A stretch of 64,000 bases of DNA from Antechinus flavipes (lineage: Eukaryota). Shown here piece after piece: positions 11,341-24,900 of the stretch. The notes under the pieces were generated by a model. That model searched no databases and was not told the origin of the DNA. It saw only the letters and a list, made by a program, of their open reading frames with translations. The stretch lies in assembly GCF_016432865.1 (NCBI RefSeq), contig NC_067398.1, positions 373,488,001 through 373,552,000 on the forward strand. The letters run 5' to 3'. The stretch's first letter is position 1, and each line of letters begins with the position of its first letter. The position numbers and the translations under genes were made by a program.

Positions 11341-13920
11341 TGTTAATTCAAATGGAGAGGTTAGAGATCTAGCTTTTCTATAAATTTTAAAAGGCAAAGT
11401 AAGAAGAAAAAAATGTATCACCTGGGGCTCAATCCTATACTTGCATTTGAGTCTTCAAACCCTCAAATCTATCTCAAGTGTAAGGTTTTCTGATAATTCA
11501 TATCCACTTGAAATCATAAGTCATGAGATCCTATGGAAAGATCTATTTTACAAGATAGTCAAAGGTTACCAACATTTCAAAGCAAAGTTATTTAATGAAA
11601 TGTCATAGAAGAGTAGGAATAAAATATTTCCCTTATAAAGCTTTGGCAATACACATGCACACATGCATATACTCACATATATACATTAAATAGAAAAAAA
11701 ATGGATCTCCAGAGAAATCACATGTGAGGAGGATGAGGGGAATGTATAGAGAGGCTTGCAAGTCATATATGGGAAACACTAACATAAGAATATATGGTCA
11801 GGGAATACATGTGGAGAAGTAGATGTGTAAAGGGCCAGTGTGTCATGAGCATGATGCCAAGGGATCACACATAGAAAATATGTATATCCAGAACACATTG
11901 GTTCTCTAATTTTTTTTCTTCTGAATAGTTTTCATGGCTATCACTCACTATACTTCAGTTAAAGATTCATTTGATTTGTTTTTTTCTCATAAGAAGAATT
12001 GTTTCTGTCATTTGTTTTAGTTTATAAAGGAGGGGATCAAAATCCATTCTTCAAAGCCCCCTACTTTTCATATTGCCTTTCTTTACACTTTTTATTAGAA
12101 AACCTTTCCATGACAATGGCAATGAGAAGGGCTTACACCTCAAACTACTAATTGTCACATTCAAGGAAGTCTCAACAAAAGCCAGATGGAATGAGTACCT
12201 GTAGGGTCAGATAAAATCTATACTTTACATCATTTTCTTCTACTAGAAAAAAAATGAATGTCCCAAACTGTTACCTGACATAGGTTTAGTAAATATTAAC
12301 TCTAGTCATTTTTCTAATTGATAATATGTAGTCCCACAAAATTTTTTCAGGGGTCTTTTTGGGAGTAAACTACAAAACATCTGTACAGGATTGAAGTAAC
12401 AGGGTTTTCTTCTTTTCCCAAGATCACTTGGAACTTTGCCAGGGAGATGAATGTTGGCAGAAAATACCAATGATAAGAACAATATCTGGTTCAACAATAC
12501 CTCTCATACTAAAGTGTATGGCTAATAGAAAACATTCCAGAACTTGATCTTTTCTACGAAACATATCAGATCAAGGATTTGGCCAGTATTACAATAATTG
12601 TACTATAACTTACCAGTACATAGGTGATTTGTCCCTGAGTATGTCTGTATAGTTTGTGTTTTGTCATCTTCACCCCCAACCCTACCTTATTAACAAGTGT
12701 ACCCAAAGGAAAAAGATTCTTTTAGGTCCTCACCTTAGAAGAAATAACAAATGTGTCTCTTATTGACTTGGCAACTAAAAAGACTTGAATTTTCTGCAAC
12801 GATTTAGTCTTAAAACAATCTTTCTTGAGATACCTATTAACTAAATGAGTTGACTATTTTTTTTGGGGGGGGGGAGTTAGGACTTGAGGAAAAATCTTGT
12901 GTTTTAGTTTTTTTTTTTTTTTGGTTCTAAAATGTGGTTAATACATCTAAAGAATCCTAGATCTTACTTTCAATTCCAAAGAAAACCTAGCATCTAGAGA
13001 CATAGACACTAAACTTTTAGCTATTCTTATCTGAGAGGAACTGGATAAAGGTTCTTGGAGCTAACAAAATAATTCAGCTACATCAAGTGCTATTAAAATA
13101 TCGAAGCTTTTTTTAAAATTGCACATGCTTATGCAGCTTCTTTTTTCAACAATCAGTCTACCAATTGATTAGCTTTGGAACCATGTGCAATTTGGGGGTC
13201 ATGTCACACCTCTTCATTTGAGCACCAAACCATAAATGAAGTGAAAATACTTGGATTTTTGGACAACTCCACAAATGTGAGTATAATGGCTAATTTATGA
13301 ATTAAAGTTTTATTAAAAGATAAAAAAATCAAGAAATTGTATAGAATCTAAGCTAAGCATACACTTCCTTGATGAGTCAAAGTTCCTTAGATATTTCAAT
13401 TGTACTCCAAACTCATAGCCCAGCAATTGTATAAGATCATATTAATCCTTTGGGAAATCTCAATCCTTTAGTCATATTCATATGCTATATATTCTCATTG
13501 TCTTTCTAGAAAAGTTTACATGGCTCATGTTATCAGTAGAAACATAAGTCCAGGATACTCCTCGGTGTACTTAATTCTTGTTGAGATACTCTTTCTTCAA
13601 CTTTGGAAATGTGAAGATGTGGTCTGAAAGCACTATTTTCAAGTCTGATGAAGACTAGACATCTCTGTATCCTTCCACTCTATTTCTAAAGGTGTGAATG
13701 TAACTTAATGTCTCTGTCTGATACATATCTGAGTCCCTGCACTTGTGCACTAGGATCTTTTGAAAAGCTCAGTTTGAGGGCAAATTCACCCTATCATTCT
13801 TGATGGAGGTATCAACTCCATTTTCCTTAATATTACTACAACTGTGAGTCAATATACTAAAGGTACTGCTAAAACCTAGAGCATATCTATAGAATAATGA
13901 AGAAGAAATTGAAACCTCTC

Positions 13921-14000
13921 ATATTTATATATGTATATATTTATATATACATATATATGTACATATGTATGTATATATAAATATATATATATACACACAT
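13921..14000. repeat. (AT)n/(AC) degenerate microsatellite
   Basis: Direct reading. Confidence 0.9.
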
Positions 14001-14249
14001 TATTTAAAGTCTATTGATTTAAAGTCATGTTTTTATTCATATGGGCAGCTTTTCACTGAACATAGATTTTAATTCCTCCTTGTATCACAGATGGTTTCCT
14101 CAATGATTGTGACCATAAATTTCATTCTCTTCAGAACAAACAGTTAAGTCCTTTGTGCACTGCATTGTGCTGATAATTTGGAAACATTATATTGTTGAAT
14201 TTGAGCTCAAATGTCTGTTCAATTTTATAGAACTTCTTAGACATATTTA

Positions 14250-14360
14250 GTGCGAAGCTGAGTATACACAGGGATTTATAGAAGAAATCCTTCTTAGGTA
14301 CAGGTTGAAAAAAAAATCTCTGAAGTCCCTTCCAACTCTGAAAGACTATGATTCTATGAA
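14250..14360 (+). mobile_element. L3/CR1 or MIR3 3' terminus
   Basis: 'ggtacaggttg...ctctgaagtcccttccaactctgaaa...ctatgattctatga' tail. Confidence 0.6.
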
Positions 14361-15444
14361 GAGAATTCATTTTAATACTCATGAGGCTTAAAAATTGAAA
14401 GAACTATTCTAGTGATTGTCAAGGTATGTGCTATATTTGTCTTCCTGCCAAAGGCACTTGACAATTACATGTATGATATATGTATCAATCTACCTATTTG
14501 CAGAGAAAGGGAAAGAATTATATTATTTCTCAGTATGTTTTGAATTATTATAAATGTATAAATTGGAAGAAGTAATCTTATAAATAAAATAGAAGAAAGT
14601 TTTTTTTTTCTTAAAAGAGGGACCTTCTTAGGAAGTAAAAATGAATCAGAACTAGCTTCAATGGGGTGATAAATACAAGAACATGACACAAAATAATAAG
14701 ATAGAGAAGAAACTCTGAATAACTATATAATGGAAATGAAATTCTCCATCTAACCAGCCATTTTGAAAAAAAAAAAACCTATAATCCTATAATCTTCATT
14801 ACAAAATGAATTGCCAGTCTATGTGGGAATACAGAGCTTAAAAGGAAGAAATAGGAATGGTGACTGGTGACTCTCCAGTGAATGGGTTGGAAGTTGGTTG
14901 CATGCAGACTCTTTAGGTACTTTCTTCTCATTTCCTTTGAAATTTCTGTTCTTTGCCAGGATCTCATCTGACTTATTAAGAAAACCAAGACTTTTTCTTA
15001 AATATCATTTCTGTTAACATCAGCTTTTTATTTCTGATATTTATCTCTTTTCTAAAATAGATTTAAATATGAAAACCTGGAAATTTGAACCTTTCTCTCC
15101 AATCCCACTTACTTATTTAGAAACTGAATCATAGATGCAGTCTAATTTTTGTCTAAAATAGGGGTATCATTCATTTTCATATGAATCAGGAAGAGTGTAC
15201 CTTTGGTATGTCTCAGGAAGTTCTATGTAATATATGAGCTGTTCATTCCAGGAAGATATCACATATTCTAAATAACCCCAATTAAAAATGTCAGGGAGAT
15301 GTGTTAACATGATCATGAAAACAGAATGAAATGTGAGGGAGAAAGAATAGACATACCTGATATCAGATTGTATAATTATCAAATATATGACAGAATTGGA
15401 AAGGATTTTTAGCATTTTGTACAGCAGTTAAAATCCCAAAAGAC

Positions 15445-15740
15445 TTTTAGAAAAATGAATATAAAATGATGGAATTTAATATCAATATTTACAAAGTTTA
15501 CAGTTTGGTTGAAAGAATCAACTTCACAAGTATAACATAATAGGGCCATATTCAAATATAATTAGATTATTCCCTCCCCCCCAAAAAAAAAAGATCTTAA
15601 AATAATTCTTTTAGGGGAAAATCAGGTGACTATATATGTACTCTAACTGTTCTTAGGTAAGCAATTGATTGCTCTGAGAAGGGCAACAAGGATGATAAAA
15701 GGACTGAAAATCATGCTACCAGAAAGATGTGTTGCAGGAA
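15445..15740 (+). mobile_element. L3/CR1 fragment
   Basis: 'gatggaatttaat...aaagtttacagtttggttgaaagaatcaacttcacaagtat' and 'gagaagggcaacaaggatgataaaaggactgaaa' CR1 RT-end motifs. Confidence 0.7.
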
Positions 15741-16669
15741 CTTGAAGTAGAACAGATGAGAAAAGAGGACTAAGTGATGATAGGGAAATTCTCAGGCTGG
15801 GTTCCTTAAATACCCAGAGAGAATCTCAGCCAGTGGTAGGCATGAATATAATCTGGAGATCAGAAAAAGTTTGTAGCTAAACTGAAAAGCACCAGGAGGA
15901 CTACTTTGCCTGGCAGCAGTTTTGGCTTTCTCAAGATGCCAATATAGTTCTTTTGTCAGCCAATCAATAGCATACTGTGGTATTTGAATAGATCACTAGA
16001 ATACAGTCTGTCCCTACAGGACAATTGGTTTGAAAAATTCTTCTTTCCTTCTAGGTACAATATTTGTGAAATCCTATGCAGCTACAATATTGTGTGCAAC
16101 AGGGTTTTGTGTATTAAACTTAATCAAGATGATAGTAGTTGGATCAGGTTTTGCTATGAAGTATAGAACAGAATGGGGGTAATTCACTCTAGTTTAGTAA
16201 TATTTAGTATTTATTTTACAGCAAAATGGGTTGAGGGGGATGAAGGAAAGTATAACTAATTCTCAATACAAATAATGAATCCCCATGACTCTCCCCAAAG
16301 ACATATTTTATTGGTCTGGAATCAGTTGCCATTTTTTACATAATTATAACTTCAAATAATAAAAATTTGAATTTATGACCACTTCAAGAGATTTATTGTT
16401 TGCATGAATTAGTGGCCTATTTATAATTCAGTCAAGTGATATATTCATAAGCAAGATATTTGTTTGTTTCCCTTTCCAAAATATGAAATTATATCTGCCC
16501 TCAAGTATCTTAAATATTATCCCATGAAAGAAGAGTTGGTACCAGAGGGAAAAAATGAGAACAGAGAATAGAATTTCCAAAAGCACTAGCTTAAAATTTA
16601 TGTTATGAAAAATAGTTTGAATTATCCAAACACAGAGTGAATTATCTCAAAAGGTAGTGAGAATTGAAA

Positions 16670-16790
16670 CAAAGCTTGGTTGACCACTTATCTAGGATAT
16701 AGAGGGGGATTCTTTTCCAGGGCATGCTTAAGCCAGATGGTTTCTGAGTTTCCTTCTAACTCAGAGATGCTGTGATCCTGTCAGAAAAAT
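16670..16790 (+). mobile_element. L3/CR1 3' terminus
   Basis: 'ggttgaccactt...ccagatggtttctgagtttccttctaactcagagatgctgtgat'. Confidence 0.6.
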
Positions 16791-17079
16791 AGGTATGTGA
16801 CAAAAACATGTCTTATAACAATAGGGATTTGTAATTAATTCTCAGGAAGAAACAATGACAAACAGATTTAGGAAAATACTTATGGTGCTAGGAGTACACA
16901 ATTTTTATATAAATAAAACATTATGAGGAGAAAGGGAGGTAGTCCTATCCAATGGATAATTGTGCTTCCTACTAAGGAAATGGATCCTCCCAAGCTCCTC
17001 CAAGGAATTGGAAAAAACAGGAATTTTAACAGAGAGACAGGAGCTTGAACTTACCATAGTTAGCTAGTGATAAAAACAG

Positions 17080-18116
17080 CTATACTGGGTTCATATCTAT
17101 TGATAATCAAAAGAACTAGGCCAAAAATATCATATCCAGCAAAATTATCCATAATATTGAAGGAGAATGAATAGACATTCAACAAACTTCACAGATTTTC
17201 AGGACTTTTTATTATCCAAATCTGAACTTAATAGAAAATTTAACATTTAAGAGCCAATATCAAAGATCAGTTTCAAGGAACTCAACATGGACAAATAGTT
17301 TATGTTTTTTTAAACATGTGAAATGTATGCTATATGTTTAATATTGACATCCACAATAGGGCAGCTCAAAAGAAAGATTGACAGAGTTAAGGTAAAAATA
17401 ATAATTACATTTTACAAATGAGGTACAGAGGAAGAATAGACACAGAGGCATTAGACGGGGAAGCGAGCTCATAGTTCTTAAAACCTACTCATATCAGAAA
17501 TGGGTTTAATAGGCAACACTACATATAGTGAAATATGAAAATACATGCATGAAAAATACAGCATCCTCCAAAATCTATAAAGAAATAAAGGTAGAGGAAG
17601 AGGGGATGAGAAAGCAAAGAGTGTGGGAAGAAGACAAGGGAAGGATCTATGAGTGGGGGGAAGTTAAGTAATAGGAAGGCAAGTTAGGAGCAGAGTTAAA
17701 ACAAAGAGTCAACAGGGATAGGAAAGATATGTGTGTATGTATATATTTATATATGTATATATAAATGTATCTTTTCTTAACTCTATCCTGCTTGAGATTG
17801 AGAGGGGAATGAAAGAGGGGAATGAATAAAGTAAATAAGGTGTACAGCAGAGAACAAAAGAATAATTTACAAGGAAGTAAAGAAAAATGGACATTCATGA
17901 ATATAATTTATTACTATTATATGTCTACTAATATATTTACATCCCCCATATATATACATGTATATATAAATTTTCTTGAATTGGTAATTTGTTGTTATAA
18001 ATTTTGAATCCTTCCTGATGTTCTGCTGGGGCACCTGATAATGTTCTCTCTTGTTTTGTTTTATTTTATTTTGCATTCCTTTTCTGTTTTTCAAAAATAA
18101 AATAAAATAAAATAAA
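17080..18116 (+). mobile_element. L1-derived ORF1-only (HAL1-type) element, 5'-truncated
   Basis: Starts with a degraded L1 ORF1 C-terminus (RPKISYPAKLSIILKENE*TFNK). A spacer-like region runs directly into an (AAAAT)n tail with no ORF2. Possible TSD taaaaacag/tagaaacag (17071-17079 and 18117-18125). Confidence 0.65.
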
Positions 18117-18379
18117 TAGAAACAGGGATGAGCCCAGGTCCAGTGGGATGAGAATGAAAGAGGTCTGTCTGTCAGGCATAGCAACGATTTTGATCAGAAG
18201 GCCCCTGACAGTGTTTAAGAGGAGTTCCCAACAATAGATCTTTGAGGAGGGCCTATGTAGAACTTGACTTTGACAACAGGGATTACTGAATTTTAGAAGC
18301 CATAGACAATTTGCTCCACTTATTTTGCTAGTATGTATCTTGGATCCTCCCTTCCTTTTTATCTTCTGAGATTTATATC

Positions 18380-18620
18380 AAAATGTTTTGCTTTTACATT
18401 ACTTTCTTTTCCAAATGTGCTGCTCTTACCTCTCCTATCTAGAGAGCTATTCCTTGGAACAAAGTATAATAAAAGAAAGAGAGAAAAAGGCGTGCAGCAA
18501 AACTTACCAACACAACAAATGTCTGGTAAGAGATACAATAGTCCACAGAGTCTCCCATTTCAGCAAAGGACGAAGGAAAGCACATCTTTTCATCTTTTTT
18601 ATAGTATTCCTACTTTTGCC
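18380..18620 (-). mobile_element. Old marsupial L1 3' UTR fragment
   Basis: 'tattccttggaacaaag...gcaaaacttaccaacac...atgtctg' resembles older marsupial L1 3' UTRs. Confidence 0.4.
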
Positions 18621-20639
18621 CTTTTGATTGGAAAGCAAAATTATATTTAGGGAACCCTTGGGAATTGCCAACAACGCTATCTCTCTGATGTAGTGGAAGA
18701 AAAATGCCTCTATTGATTCTCTTTTCTATTTTTTCTGGTTATTCTCCATTGCGATCTTGTAGGACATTCAATAATTCTGCAATAGAAGTTTATTTAGATA
18801 TTCAGTTCTTCCCTATATATGCTTTCAGGCTCTGTCAGGACAGTACATGGTGAAAAAGGATTTTACTCATTGACTACTCATCCTGAGGGCAGATATTTTG
18901 GTTCTGGTGTCTGAGTCTCCAGTATCTAGCACTGCTTGGGGCATAAATAAATACTTTACAAATATTTGTTCAATTTAAAACCTCTAATCTTTAATGTAAA
19001 ATTCAACCAGTCATTTAAAGAAGTATTTCTTGAGTACCTACTAAGCAACCAGAACTGTATTGGATGCTATGGAACATATGATCATAGCATTAGAGTGAGA
19101 AGGGATTTCAGAAGCTAGGCAGTCTCACCATTCTTTCTTCTATAGGAAAAATATTGTAAGTAAAGGGATTTGTCCAAGGTTGCAGTAATGGCAGTGCAGA
19201 GATTTGAACAAAGGTCACCTGAAGCCAAATTTAACATTAAAATGAATCTAAGTCAAAAAGTGTCTCCTTTGGAGAGTCATGGTACCCAAGAAATAGTTAA
19301 TTCACCTTAAGGGACAGGACAAGATATAACTTGACTGGAACTCCTGAAAATGGTTTTTCATATAAGACTTCAACAGACATTTTCAGCAAACCGAGTTGAA
19401 ATGCAATACTCTTTTTTTTTTTTTCCCTCCCCATCTCTTCTGAGTTTTCCTTCCCTTGAATATAGACAGACCACGTTTGCTTCTGTGACCCACATGTGCA
19501 ACTCCTATTAATTTCAGATAACAACAACCACTACAGCAATGAGGGTGAATTTAATTTAAAAAGCACAGTCCTGATCTGCTTCTTGCTGAACTGAACTTAG
19601 AATTATTTGTGACTTTGATTTAGCATTCTTTCTGGGGGAAGGGTCATACTGTTTAATACTAATAGTCTTCCAGAAAGTCTCATTACTGTGAACAACAATT
19701 TTTATTACTTCAACTTTTGCAAACTTTCTTTTAGTCTGAAGGAGTCTTGCCTCCTCCTTTCTCCACTGATCATAAGGAGACTTGTGAATTCTGCATTACC
19801 AAGCCAGAGGTCTAGTCTATTTCCCAAGATCCTTTGCTATCTCCTACATAGGCAGCCCTTTCCCCTTTTTCCTTCTCATGCATACCTTTCTCCAAGAATC
19901 TTTCTGCTCAACACTCCTGACAACAACCTGTCTGCAGATGCACCAGCAGCTGCTCGAGCTGAAAAATGGGCTTGTCTGTCTCGTGGGGGCTGTGATTTCT
20001 GGCATATGCATGCCTCCTACTGTCTCTTTGGTTTTAAAGCAATTTTCAGCACACCTGCTTGCTTGAACTTTACTGACAAGCCCTCTTAAGAGTTCACAGG
20101 AGGAAAAAAAAAATTAGTTTCCTAGGCACATACTTGTAATTCTAAATTTCACTTTAAATCTCCTGGTAAAGTATTTACCTCAGAGTATGGAGAGGCAATC
20201 TGTGTTGAGGCAGCTCCACTGCCTCAGGCCAGGATCTCATCAGATCTCATATCACAAAAGACAGGGAAAGGGATGATCCATTAACACAATAGCCATCCTG
20301 TTCCCTTTGCCAGAATTGTTTCCTTATTGTGCCGTCTATGTGTATGTGTTTCTCTTACTATCATGTCCATTCTAGCTATAAACACCACCCAAGATGAGGT
20401 TTTCCTTGAGACAGTATGTCTCACTCAAAATAAGATCTCTTGATTTTGAGGGGACATATACTCCCCCTGTTTCACTCTGCTGCAATTCAACATAAATTTA
20501 CTTCTTGGAAACATTAACTGATTCATCTTTCTATTTCCTTTTTCTCAAACTAAAGAAGTCTTCTATTCATCCAGCTTTTCCACCTTCCCTTGCTTTGTTG
20601 GCAATATTATTTACTAACCATCTTTAATCAACATTTACA

Positions 20640-20800
20640 TTGTGGTAAATAATGCAATATTATTACCCCCATTTTCTAAGCGAAGCATTTGAAATTCAAA
20701 AAGGTTCAGTGACTTGCTAAGGGTCATATAGATAGCAAATATTAGAATTAGTGCTCAAATCCCTATCCTCTGAATCCTTCAGATTCAGTACTTTTGGCAT
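20640..20800 (-). mobile_element. MIR
   Basis: 'attattacccccattttc...ggttcagtgacttgctaagggtcatatag'. Confidence 0.7.
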
Positions 20801-20879
20801 TATATATTTGGCACTTCTTTTTTTCCTTGTATGTGGCCTGTAATGCATTGATTCACTCTTTTTCTTGATTGCATTCATC

Positions 20880-21140
20880 CCATTCCAATGGAAATTCTTC
20901 TGAAAAGGAAAACCCAGACACATTTGAGGTTGTCTAATCCAACATGCCAACCATCTCTTATGTAATATTTCTGACAGTTCCTGCTTGAAAATCTTCATTT
21001 TCAAGTATGTAATGAGGAAACTCATTACTTTTTGAGATAGCCAATTCATTTCTTGATTGTATGTCTCTATTCTTTACTTACTTTGAGGCAAAATCTGTCT
21101 CACAGTAACTTCAACTCATTGGTCTTTGTTCTGCTGCCTA
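20880..21140 (-). mobile_element. L3/CR1 3' region
   Basis: 'gttgtctaatccaac...cctgcttgaaa...gaggaaactcattact...agccaattcattt...ctcattggtc...gttctgc'. Confidence 0.65.
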
Positions 21141-21234
21141 GATTCAGTTATATACTTATTGAGTAATTGAATCAGAGAACTGAGGGGTAATTTCCTCATC
21201 ATTTATTATGTGAACCATGAATATCTTCTATACA

Positions 21235-21455
21235 CAATATTATTAATCTGGAGTCTATGGACTCTTAAGGGGTCAAAAGATTTCATGAGATCTTTGACTG
21301 AAATTTTTAATATTTTAGTATTAGAATACAATTAATTTTCTTTGTAATGTTATATGTTTTATTTTGTTTTTAAAATATTATTTTGAGAAGTGCATAGGTT
21401 TTATCAGACTGCTGAAAAGAGTCCACTGCAGAAAAAGCAAAAAAAAAAAAATGCT
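21235..21455. mobile_element. Old hAT-Charlie MITE (MER5/MER58-like)
   Basis: 'ttaatctggagtctatggac' left end and 'tattttgagaag...cataggttt...cagactgc...gtcca' internal motif. Right TIR degraded. Confidence 0.5.
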
Positions 21456-21589
21456 TCACATTATCTTTGATAAGTGAGCTTTTAGCTTCTGCCCAAAAAC
21501 ATCCAGTAAGAAGGAATATGCCACATTACAAGACAGCATTTTACTTAGAAGAAATGGTTTATGATAGTGAATCCAAATTTTCCTATCTC

Positions 21590-22640
21590 TAATTTTCATT
21601 TCTTAGTCTTAGCTCTATCTTCTTCTGAATTTCCCTATTACTATCAAGGACACAACATTATCTTTCTTACCCAGATTCACAACCTTGGTGCCAGCATCAA
21701 CTCTTGACTTCTTCTTGTCTCACATATCCAGTCTCTTGTCAAATCTTATAATTTATTTCCCTACAGCATCTTTTGTGTATATCCACTTCTTTCTACTCAC
21801 ATAGTCACTACTTTAGTCTAAGCCTTTGTCACCTTTTCCCTGGACTATTGATGTAGCATTCTAAATGGGAACCAGTCTTTTGTTCTTATGCATCCTAATA
21901 TATCCTTCAATCAGATGTTAAGATTCTTTTTCCAAATATAGGATTAACAATGTCTGCCACTCTGTACCTACTCCAGTGATTAGTTATGAAATTTCTTTTT
22001 GGCCATCAATGCTCTTCATAACCCATTCCTTTCCCACTTCTTCTTAATTATAGTCTATCCCCATCCACCTTATTATGGAGCTATACCCAGTTCTCTTTGA
22101 TGTTGCCATAACAAATCTCTTGGTCCATATTTATACTTTTACATTGGCTGTCCTTTATTCCTGAAATGCCCTGTATCTTCATCTCTGTTTCAATCTCCTT
22201 GTTCTCCTTAAAATTCTACCTACAACTTTTTTGTACCCCCCAATTCCCAAAGCAGTGCTTTCTCTATGAGATGACCTTGCATCTTTTCTATAGATGTTTT
22301 ACACAAACTTTTTTCTACTCACATAGTCACCACTCTAGTCTAAGCCTTTGTCACCTTTTCCCTGGACTATTGATGTAGCATTCTAAATGATAGCCAGTCT
22401 TTTGTTCTTATGCATCCTAATATATCCTTCAATCAGATGTTAAGATGCTTTTTCCAAATATAGGATTAATAATGTCTGCCATCCTGTACCCACTCCAGTG
22501 ATTAGTTATGATGTTGTCATATTGTCTGCCCCTTTAGAAAGTGACCTTTTTGAGGACAGGGAGAGTTTTTTTTTTTCTTTGTATCATTAACTTTTGGCAT
22601 AATGTCTGCTCCATAGTAAGAATTTAATAAATGCTTGATT
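21590..22640 (+). mobile_element. LINE-2 3' kilobase containing a 205-bp internal duplication
   Basis: Continuous L2 motifs ending 'catagtaagaatttaataaatgcttgattactactgact'. Confidence 0.8.
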
Positions 22641-22789
22641 ACTACTGACTCACTGTTGTTGGAATTTCCAAAAAAAAAAAGTTAAAAACTTCACAATCTT
22701 TCTCCAACTTGTCTCAGTTTTTTTTAGATGAAATATTTCCAGTTCCAGCAGGAATCCTTTGTGGACATGACCATCCTGGGTATGTTCCA

Positions 22790-22940
22790 ATTTACCAATG
22801 CCCCTTCTAAAATGAGGTCCCCTGGACTGAGCACAATATGCCTAGGGTGATGAGTAGTAAAAATATCATTTCTATGTAGGCAGCCTAAGATTTGCCAGAC
22901 CAATATCTGACAGCAATTATTAAATATGGAACACAGGATT
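22790..22940 (-). mobile_element. L3/CR1 fragment
   Basis: 'cccttctaaaatgaggtcccctggactgagcacaatat...gcagcctaagattt'. Confidence 0.55.
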
Positions 22941-24129
22941 CCTCCCATTTTCTTTCTACTTAGTGAACATGACACAGAAAGGCAATAAAAATGAGTATTT
23001 TTTTTTGTTGTTGTTGTGCTTATTTGAATAAATGATCCTGCTGATAGATGTTTCTGTCTTACTGCCACTTAAATACTCTCCAAACTCTTAAGCTGAAGGA
23101 CTCCAAGGGCTAAGAAATTTTTGTTGCTTTCCTGTGTCCTTTCTCCTTGGTCTATTTTTGACACTTATCATTTTCCCAGTCAAAATCTGTTTTCTTCTTC
23201 TTGTCGTTTATTTGTTTGTTTGTGTGTGTGTTTTTTTTTTTTCTTTGTGATGATGAGTTGCTTTTCAAGAATAGGTCTAGGGCATCTCAATATATTGAAG
23301 GTGAGAGAGGTGACAGTAGGTTGGGGTAGGGCTGTGCTTTAGTGTCATAATTGAACTTGCCTTCAAATAACATTGAACTAATTAGATTCCAACTCATTCT
23401 GCATCACAGCTATTACAACTCCAAATGAAATTATTAATTTATTTGGTTAGTCCTAATACTTCCATGATGAATAATTAGAACCCATTCCTTTTTTAATGAA
23501 GTAATGATTGAAAACAAAATTGGCATTGGACTATGTCAATGATTCCTACTTATAACTCCAGAAATGGCTAGGCTATAACCTTAAGTAAGTTATTTACACT
23601 TATTTAGACAATACTATGTTTTCTAATCTCATAATGGCAGAATTGTGAGGATTCAGTTAGTTGAAAAAAAATCCACCCTCCTTCATGAGACCATCATGAT
23701 GAGATGATTTTAAAAAAGTGAGAGAAAAAGTGTCTTTTAAGACAATGGGTATAAAAATGTAACTTTGACAAGCAGTCTATTTTTTTTTCCTCTGAGGATA
23801 GTCTTAATCTTAGCATAAAGATTTTCTTTTAGAAAAAATATTTTTATTAGTTGGAGATTAACAAATATCAAATGAGCTGAGCATTTTATAAACAAAATGG
23901 AAAAAAATGGAATATATGGGAGATAATACATGATTTGTATATTTTAGTTTTTTTTAAGCACATTATAAGTTCTATATATCATTTTTAGAACTGTCCTGCT
24001 GGTCTGTGTTTCTTTCTGGACTTTCTTGTGCTTTCTTTTGTACATTAAAAATATTTTAATGACATTTTTCTTTTTTATGTGATCCTATTGTCACAATATT
24101 TTGAATACTTTAATGATATATCCAATTTT

Positions 24130-24900
24130 ATTCTGCAATTAACAAAGATTTATTGATTGATCAACGTGTTCAAGGAGTGATACTTAACAGATATTACTCT
24201 CTGATGTAAGTTTTTAGGCTCTGGACAATAGTCAGATCCAGGTACTGGTAACAGGAAATGGATATAAAATGTTATCATCAAAGAATGCACATTTTAAAAA
24301 GAAGAGATACATACATACTATAAGGAAAAAAATAATAAGTAAAAGTGACTGGTTCAAAGAAAATGCTATGAGAAATTTAAATGGACAAGGAAGTCCTCAT
24401 AAAAGACAGATATGGCACCTGATGGGCCACCAAGGAAGAAAAGGACTTCAGTAGGAGGATATTGTTCTCACATAGTAATTGTTCAATAAAATCTTGACTG
24501 AGTGAATGACTACTAAAGTATAAGGTTAAGTAAGAGAGGAAGGAATTTAGTCCAGACATAGAGGATGTGAACAAAAGTATAAAGAGAAAAGAAGAAAGAA
24601 GAAAAAGGAAGAATAAATATTCCAGTTTGGCCGTGATATAGTACATGTGAGGAGACCTAGTAAGAGATCAAATGCTTATATAGGTTGGAACCACAGTGTG
24701 AATGAAGGGTCATGACTCAGCATAAAGAGTTGGTATATTTTTCTGAAGGAAATGTTAAAACATTAAATGTCTATGAGATTAGGGGTATTTTGATTAGCAT
24801 GAATAGACTGAAAGAGATAAGAAAATAAGGATAAGTTATTAGGCAGCTATTCTGACAACCAGATGAGGAGATATGAAGGTATGGTCTAAAGTGTTACCTC
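24130..24900 (-). mobile_element. Degraded LINE-2
   Basis: 'aacaaagatttattga' terminus, 'aaaatgctatgagaaattt' and 'ggcagctattctgacaaccagatgagg' motifs. Confidence 0.45.

Noticed and set aside
12140-12211. Minus-strand exon candidate that could splice in frame to the 54177-54064 candidate, giving an 'INRY' GPCR-like motif
   Set aside because: Cys-to-Arg spacing is 27 rather than 25, the segment is too charged for TM3, and nothing supports the splice.
14415-14464. 9-bp inverted repeat attgtcaag/cttgacaat (possible miRNA hairpin or mini-MITE)
   Set aside because: The stem does not extend, there is no TSD, and it is expected by chance.
16055-16147. Strong acceptor followed by Cys-rich or hydrophobic frames
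   Set aside because: Poor donor and no recognisable homology.
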